Assembly: GCA_022361275.1 (NCBI GenBank)
Contig: JAKSBE010000589.1
Coordinates: 1 to 57,611 of the forward strand
DNA: 57,611 nucleotides
Reading direction: 5' to 3'
Origin: Kiloniellales bacterium
GTDB lineage: Bacteria > Pseudomonadota > Alphaproteobacteria > Kiloniellales > JAKSBE01
Shown: in pieces, positions 52,067 through 57,611 of the stretch
Numbering within the stretch: position 1 is the stretch's first letter
Layout of the letters: each line of letters starts with the position of its first letter
The notes under the pieces: model-generated
Told to the model about the DNA's origin: nothing
The model's input: only the letters and a program-made list of their open reading frames with translations
Databases searched by the model: none
Translations under genes and position numbers: made by a program

Positions 52067-52208
52067 GTCGTTTCTCCTTGAATGACCACTGTCCTCGCGC
52101 TCGAGGCGCGCTGGCGCCGCCGCGCACACGCAACGCCCGAGCTTCCGAGCCGGCTGCTGTCGAGCGCGACGGCGAGCTGTGGGGCCTCGCACCGCATGCC
52201 CTTCCCTC

Positions 52209-53615
52209 CTACGACATCAGCGCGCCGACGCTGATCACGGCCATGATGATCACGGCCAGGATCACGAGCAGCGGGAACATGAAACGCAGCCAGCGTTCAT
52301 AGGGCACCCGCCCGAGGGCCAAGCCGCCCATCACCACGGCGAAGGTCGGGTTGATCAGGTTCACCAGGCCGCTCGCCGACTGATAGGCGGTCACCACGAG
52401 GTCGCGCTGGACTCCGGCGAAATCGGAGAGCGGCGCCATGATCGGCATGGTCAGCACGGCCAGACCCGAGGACGAGGGCACGAAGAAGGAGAGCGCCGCC
52501 TGCAGCCCGAACATCGCGTTGATGAAGGCGATCTCCGGCAGGCCGCTGACCGCGCCCTCGGCCCAGAACAGGATGGTGTCGGTCATCTTGCCGGCATCCA
52601 TGACGACGACGATGCCGCGCGCGATGCCGATCACCAGCGCGACGCCCAGAAGGTCGCGGGCGCCGTCGACGAAGGTGTTGGTGAAGTCCTCCTCGCTCAT
52701 GCGCGCGATCAGCCCGACCAGGATCGAAGCCACGATGAAGAGGGCCGACATCTTCGCCATCCACCAGCCACCGGCGGAGACGCCCCAGATCATGACCGCG
52801 AAGCTGCCGGCGAAGACCAAGAGGACGATCTTGCGCGTCAGAGTCAGCTCCATGTTGTCCGCCTCCTCGCGCCCCTTGAGGAAGTGCGCCTCGTTCTCGG
52901 CCCGCCGGTCCGCGACGATCGAGCGCTCAGGATCCTGGCGGACCCGTTCCGCGTAGCGCATCACGTAGGCTACGCAGGCGAGCCAGCAGAGGATCAGAAT
53001 GACGAAGCGCAGCAGGATCCCGTCGGTGAAGGGCACGCCGGCGGCGTTGGCCGCGATCACCGTGGCGAAGGGGTTGATGGTCGAGCCCAGGGTGCCGACG
53101 CCGGCCCCCAGCATGATGATCGCGACCCCGGTCACGGCGTCGTAGCGCGCCGCGATCATGACCGGGATGATCAGGGTGTAGAAGGCCAGCGATTCCTCGG
53201 CCATGCCGTAGATCGTGCCGCCCGCGGCAAAGAGCGCCATGAGGATCGGGATCATCCACTTTTCCCGCCCCGCCAGGCTGCGCATGGCGCCCCCGATGCC
53301 GGCGTCGATCGCGCCGGTCTTGGTCACGATGCCGAGGAACCCGCCGATCACCAGCACGAAGAGCGCGACGTCGATGGCCGCCGCCTCGTAGCTGTCGGGA
53401 TCGTAGAAGCCGGCGATGGGCGCGAGCACCACGTCGACGAAGCCTTGCGGGTTCGGCTCGACCTCCTTGTAGGTCCCGGGGACCGGCACCTCCCGGCCCA
53501 GGGCCTCGTTCATCGCGCGGTCGTACTCGCCCGCGGGCACGAACCAAGTCGCGATGGCGACCGCGATGATGAGGCCGAACAGGATCGTATATGCACTCGG
53601 AAACTTCAGCTTCAT
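52209..53615 (-). CDS. YfcC-family basic amino acid antiporter (probable arginine/ornithine)
   Basis: [36 protein letters not shown]; directly upstream of arcA. Confidence 0.87.
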   Translation of the reverse strand: MKLKFPSAYTILFGLIIAVAIATWFVPAGEYDRAMNEALGREVPVPGTYKEVEPNPQGFVDVVLAPIAGFYDPDSYEAAAIDVALFVLVIGGFLGIVTKTGAIDAGIGGAMRSLAGREKWMIPILMALFAAGGTIYGMAEESLAFYTLIIPVMIAARYDAVTGVAIIMLGAGVGTLGSTINPFATVIAANAAGVPFTDGILLRFVILILCWLACVAYVMRYAERVRQDPERSIVADRRAENEAHFLKGREEADNMELTLTRKIVLLVFAGSFAVMIWGVSAGGWWMAKMSALFIVASILVGLIARMSEEDFTNTFVDGARDLLGVALVIGIARGIVVVMDAGKMTDTILFWAEGAVSGLPEIAFINAMFGLQAALSFFVPSSSGLAVLTMPIMAPLSDFAGVQRDLVVTAYQSASGLVNLINPTFAVVMGGLALGRVPYERWLRFMFPLLVILAVIIMAVISVGALMS

Positions 53616-53858
53616 GGTGTCACGCTTCCCCTGCGTTTCCTCGCCGAAACCGCCGGAACTCGCCGGCATGGCCCCGGCGCTCTTCGGGCCTGAGCGAGAT
53701 CTCTCCACGGAGTCGCTCCGGATGGGTCGTCATGTAAGGGAGAGCCAAGGCGGACGGACGGCCCCTTCCCGCTCCAGCCGACACCGTCCCGGTCTCCCAC
53801 CGCGTTTGCCCCTCCCCGGGCAATGACGTTCGGCACGTCGGTCGGTCGCTCCGCAGAG

Positions 53859-54116
53859 CTAAGGCTGAGGCGCCTGTCCGGGAGCCCTTTCCTTGCCCGC
53901 CGCGCCGTCCTTGCCGGCTATGCCGTCCCCGGCCGCCTCGTCTTCGCCGGCCTCGCCCTGCAGGCGAAAGATCACCAGCTCCCCCTGCTCGCCGGTCAGA
54001 ATCCCGGGGCCGGGCGGGATCTCGCGGCGGGCATGGGACTTCGTTCCCGGCTTTATCTCGACGCCGGCGCAAGCGACCAAGAGGACGCAGGCGAGACCTG
54101 CCGCCAGGGCCCGCAT
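53859..54116 (-). CDS. Small hypothetical lipoprotein
   Basis: MRALAAGLACVLLVAC lipobox; RREIPPGPGILTGEQGELVI; TGATG coupling to the porin. Confidence 0.68.
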   Translation of the reverse strand: MRALAAGLACVLLVACAGVEIKPGTKSHARREIPPGPGILTGEQGELVIFRLQGEAGEDEAAGDGIAGKDGAAGKERAPGQAPQP

Positions 54117-55468
54117 CAGAACTTGATCCGCGTGCCGACCGTGCCGACGACGATTTCGTCGACGCTGTTGGCGTTGTCGCGGTCGAGGTCGAAGAAGCGG
54201 ATCTGGGCGTAGAGCTCGGTCCCGAAGCCCTCGATCAGCTGGACCGCGGCAAGCCCGACGGAGACGCCCTCGTCCCCCTCGTCGGAGACGTTCTCGCCGT
54301 AGGTGTAGTCGACGCCGAAGCCGGTCGCTCCGAACTGGAAGATCGACGTATCCCAACCCAGCTTGCCGTAGAGGTTGTAAGGGTCGTCGCCCCGGTTCCT
54401 CGAGTCCATGCCGCCCGAGAGCGTCAGGCTGAGGCCGGTCGGGTTGTGCAAGGCCGAGAAGGAGCCGGCGAGACGCCAGCGCACGTTGTCGGCGTTCGGC
54501 TCCTGGAGCGACAGCGCGCCGAGGGTGGTCACGTCGCCGATGTCGACGCCGGTCCAGTCGCCATAGTCGCCGCCCCAGGTCAGCGCCGCGTCGTAGCGCT
54601 GATCCGAGCCGGCCGAGACGGCGAGCTGGACGCCCGGCTCCAGGACCGGCGAGTCGTAGCGCACCCGGTCCTGCCGGTTGCCGTCGAAATTGAAGAAGGC
54701 GTCGCCGACCGAGACGCCGGTCCGATCGCCGTCATCGATGAACTCGAGTCCCCCGACGATGTCGCTCACGCCCGAGTACATGATCGGTCCGGCGACCAGC
54801 GACAGGTCGTACTCGGCCGTGTCGTCCGCGGCTGCGGAGCCCTTGCCGAAGAGCAGCCGTCCATAACGGTCGTTGCGGGCCGAGCCTTCGACCTTGCGCA
54901 GGTCGATGAAGTCGTCGGCCTGCTCGTTGTCCTGGCTGACATCGAAGGAGTTGTTGGGGCTGAAGGCGACCTCGACCGTCGTGCCCAGGGTGGTCTCCTG
55001 GGTGACCCGCCCCGTGCCGACAAAGCGGACCCGCGAGTTCGAGACGTCGTTGTCGACGAAGTAGGCTCTGGTCTTCTCCCCGTCGTCGGCGACGTTCACG
55101 GCCCGGTTCAGTTGTCCCGAGATGGCGAGCTTGATCTTCTCCTGGCCTGAGGTGATGACCCTGTCCGGCAGCCGGCCGGCGCTGGTCTTCTCCGCGGTGT
55201 CGATGGCTTTCTCGGCGGTCGACTGGGCCTCGGTCGCGATGGTCTCGGTCTGGGTCGCTTTCTGTTCGAGCTGGTCGACCCTGGACCTCAGCGCCTCGAT
55301 CGTCTCGGCCTGCGCACCGAGTTGCTCCTGCTGTCGCTGGATGATCTGCTGCAGCTCCTGCAGCAGCACGGCATCTACAGCCACCGTCTCGGCCCTCGCC
55401 GGCGTCGACGGGACCGCCTGTACCATCAGCGCTAGAAAACCCGCGCAGAGCCATGTTCTGGTCGACAT
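54116..55468 (-). CDS. Outer-membrane porin with an N-terminal coiled coil
   Basis: Signal peptide, Q/E coiled coil, beta-strand body (ISGQLNRA, SRVRFVG, RVRYDSP), terminal Phe. Confidence 0.82.
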   Translation of the reverse strand: MSTRTWLCAGFLALMVQAVPSTPARAETVAVDAVLLQELQQIIQRQQEQLGAQAETIEALRSRVDQLEQKATQTETIATEAQSTAEKAIDTAEKTSAGRLPDRVITSGQEKIKLAISGQLNRAVNVADDGEKTRAYFVDNDVSNSRVRFVGTGRVTQETTLGTTVEVAFSPNNSFDVSQDNEQADDFIDLRKVEGSARNDRYGRLLFGKGSAAADDTAEYDLSLVAGPIMYSGVSDIVGGLEFIDDGDRTGVSVGDAFFNFDGNRQDRVRYDSPVLEPGVQLAVSAGSDQRYDAALTWGGDYGDWTGVDIGDVTTLGALSLQEPNADNVRWRLAGSFSALHNPTGLSLTLSGGMDSRNRGDDPYNLYGKLGWDTSIFQFGATGFGVDYTYGENVSDEGDEGVSVGLAAVQLIEGFGTELYAQIRFFDLDRDNANSVDEIVVGTVGTRIKF

Positions 55469-55749
55469 CGTCGCTTTCCTCTCTCCTCTCGCGCATCCGG
55501 GAACAGGATGCCGGATCGTCCGCCACCTGCGGCCGGCCGAAGTACGGCGGCCGCGCTCGATCGAGGCAAAAGCTACTGCGCGTCCCACCCTCGGCTATCA
55601 CCGGACAACCGGCCAAGCCCGCCTCTGCAACTCGAACGGGAAAGCCTCGCGATCAGGATAGGGTGAATGGGACTCCGAAAGCCGTCATAACCTGCAATCC
55701 ATGCAGATGCCTCCCTCCCCTTTTTGTTACGCCAGGCGGCGGGGAACAC

Positions 55750-55763
55750 ATGATCTGGATCAA
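55750..55763 (-). promoter_or_regulatory. FNR/FixK/ANR-like box
   Basis: Minus strand TTGAT-CCAG-ATCAT, 9/10 to TTGAT-N4-ATCAA, ~280 bp upstream of the porin. Confidence 0.6.
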
Positions 55764-56141
55764 TTCCTGCTCAGTTAGCCTCGATCGCACGAGAGGATTC
55801 GGTCGCTTTTGCACAGATGAAGCGCCTTGCCTGCCTTCGGCCGAAGGCAGGCTGCTCTTGGGGCTCAAAAAGCTTAGGGCTGGTATCGAGCAGGCGCTAT
55901 CCGATTCGCGCAGCGCGGTCAGGACCGAACCCGCCTCCGAACCGGACCTGAGGCGCGACACGCATGAAAGCTCGTGCTCGAGGACCACCTTCGGCGCTTC
56001 GCCTGGCGCGGGGAACTGAGCATGGACCGGGCGACCGAGAGCGGCGGCGGCTCGACGAAGGCGCCGACGTGAGTGGTTCGAGCTTCGCGGTCCGCCGCCC
56101 TGCCGAGCGCACGACGGCATCCGCGCCGGCCGAGGTCTCCC

Positions 56142-56417
56142 TCAAGCCCTGAAGCTCTCGTAGAGGGTCCAGCAGCCGATGAGGATGAAGCCGAGGCCGG
56201 CGGTGAGCTTGATCGACTCGGGCGGCAGGGTGCGCAAGGCAACCGACCCGAGCCAGACCGCGAGAGCCGTCGAAATCGCGAGAGCCGCGAGGGCCGCCAG
56301 GAAGACGAGCACCGGATGGCTTTCCTTGTTCGCCGCGAACATCGCGGTCGCGAGCTGGGTTTTGTCCCCGAGTTCCGCGAGAAAGACGATCAGGAAAATC
56401 GGAAGGATTTGCTGCAT
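56142..56417 (-). CDS. TMEM165/GDT1 (UPF0016) family half-size transporter
   Basis: FLAELGDKTQLAT motif; three hydrophobic helices; 91 aa. Confidence 0.87.
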   Translation of the reverse strand: MQQILPIFLIVFLAELGDKTQLATAMFAANKESHPVLVFLAALAALAISTALAVWLGSVALRTLPPESIKLTAGLGFILIGCWTLYESFRA

Positions 56418-56492
56418 GTGTCGCCTCGCTTGGGAGCCGGCCGGACGCTATGGCGACACGGCGACCCAGCTCCCTCAAGCCGACCGTGCTCG

Positions 56493-56610
56493 CCATAGGT
56501 CTCGCCAAGCCTTTCGGGCCACACGCGCCATGGTCTACCTCAGGATCCGGCAGAACCAAGCCTGTTGACGCGCATCCTTCTCGAAGCGGAAGGCGGCTAC
56601 TCCCCTACGG
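56493..56610 (-). ncRNA. yybP-ykoY manganese riboswitch
   Basis: Minus strand ccgtagGGGAGTAGC...CGTCAACA...CCATGGCG...GGCGAGACCtatgg with closing stem; upstream of a GDT1-family gene. Confidence 0.82.
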
Positions 56611-56720
56611 GACCCGGGAGTTCTACGACAGACTGCGGTCCAAGGGAAGCGGTTTCGGCGAGGCATGGCCCCGGTCGTGGATGCAGGGGAAATCTCCTTG
56701 GCCCGGACAGGAGATGCATT

Positions 56721-56739
56721 GCAAATGATAATCATTATT
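56721..56739. promoter_or_regulatory. Fur-like box
   Basis: GCAAATGATAATCATTATT, 16/19 to GATAATGATAATCATTATC. Confidence 0.72.
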
Positions 56740-56826
56740 AATAAGCTGATGCCGGATCGCTGCCGCCAGGGCCTGGGCCGGCAAGGAAAGCCGGTCACAT
56801 TGGCCGCACAGGAAATCGAGACGACG

Positions 56827-57339
56827 ATGCCGGATGACGCATCCCGCAAGCATGGTTTCCAGGATCTGCCCTGGGCCGAGAAGTTTCTGGTCTGGGCCTT
56901 GCGCCAATGGGTGGAGACCAGCCGAAGCAAGGGCGAGTTCCACGTCATGTTGCGCGAGGCCTTCCGCCTCGCCCGGGTCGCGGACGGCTATCTCGCCTTC
57001 GACGCACTCATGACCGTGGTCTCCGTATCGACGACGAAATCCATCACGCTCGGCGCCCCGCGCTGCAGCGGCGTGACACCGGACGAACGGACCTTTCTCG
57101 GCATGATCGCGAGCCTGCAGCGGTCCGACCGCATCGAAGGCTGCCGGCTGCTCGGTCTCTGGCTGGCGCCGGCGGGGGTCCGCCTGGCCCAGCCGCCGGC
57201 CGCCCGGCTCGCCCGCCTCATGCTGCGGGGTGGTTTGCGGCTTCGCCGCCCCGCCATCATTCGTGCCGAGGGTGACGAGGCGGCAACACAGGAACAAACG
57301 CCGACCGCCAGCCGGCCCATACCGCCGGCCGTGCTCTAG
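56827..57339 (+). CDS. Hypothetical protein, probably iron-regulated
   Basis: ORF with AEKFLVWALRQW and PRCSGVTPDE; downstream of the Fur-like box; start uncertain. Confidence 0.65.
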   Translation: MPDDASRKHGFQDLPWAEKFLVWALRQWVETSRSKGEFHVMLREAFRLARVADGYLAFDALMTVVSVSTTKSITLGAPRCSGVTPDERTFLGMIASLQRSDRIEGCRLLGLWLAPAGVRLAQPPAARLARLMLRGGLRLRRPAIIRAEGDEAATQEQTPTASRPIPPAVL

Positions 57340-57611
57340 CCCGCATTTCTCACCGTGGTCATGGTCTGCGTCGGCTCCCGGCGATCCGCCCCGCCAGGAG
57401 AAGGCCAAGACGTCACGGGGGGCGGTCGCCGGGAGCCGACGCAGACCATGACCACGGTGAGAAATGCGGGCTAGTGCACGGCCGGCGGTATGGGCCGGCT
57501 GGCGGTCGGCGTTTGTTCCTGTGTTGCCGCCTCGTCACCCTCGGCACGAATGATGGCGGGGCGGCGAAGCCGCAAACCACCCCGCAGCATGAGGCGGGCG
57601 AGCCGGGCGGC
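57199..57611. repeat. Long inverted duplication reaching the window end
   Basis: 57419..57611 is the reverse complement of 57199..57392 with one substitution and one indel seen; 26-nt spacer. Confidence 0.9.

Noticed and set aside
55653-56141. ORFs between the GDT1 gene and the porin
   Set aside because: No motifs or convincing RBS; region reads as promoter DNA containing the FNR-like box

Overview
GC-rich chromosomal segment that looks alphaproteobacterial (Rhodospirillales/Kiloniellales-like, judged from gene content and repeat types; not database-verified). In order: the end of a Liv-type ABC operon; a form II cox/xanthine-dehydrogenase-family cluster (coxG, coxSLM, coxD, coxE, split XdhC, MoeA-like/MocA fusion) interrupted by a hybrid histidine kinase and by ydbH-ynbE-ydbL; hydrolase, ATP-grasp, aldolase and amidase genes; frmA-fghA plus a desaturase-like gene; a signalling/cytoskeleton block (bactofilin, degenerate ParA-bactofilin fusion, lipoprotein-regulator-kinase triplet, rsmI, candidate sRNA, sensorless kinase plus HerA-like ATPase); a decayed polyamine-type ABC locus; a PA2779/PA2778 pair; and a ~14.5 kb minus-strand run (porin, lipoprotein, YfcC antiporter, arcA-arcB-arcC, then V/A-type ATPase B-D-I-K-E-C-A) preceded by an FNR/FixK-like box. 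The window ends with a yybP-ykoY riboswitch-GDT1 gene, a Fur-boxed hypothetical gene and a ~194 bp inverted duplication running to the edge. The best candidates for undescribed systems are the arginine deiminase + V-ATPase module and the ParA pseudo-ATPase/bactofilin fusion locus. All calls come from motif reading; no searches were run. I saw no rRNA, tRNA, CRISPR array or transposase.
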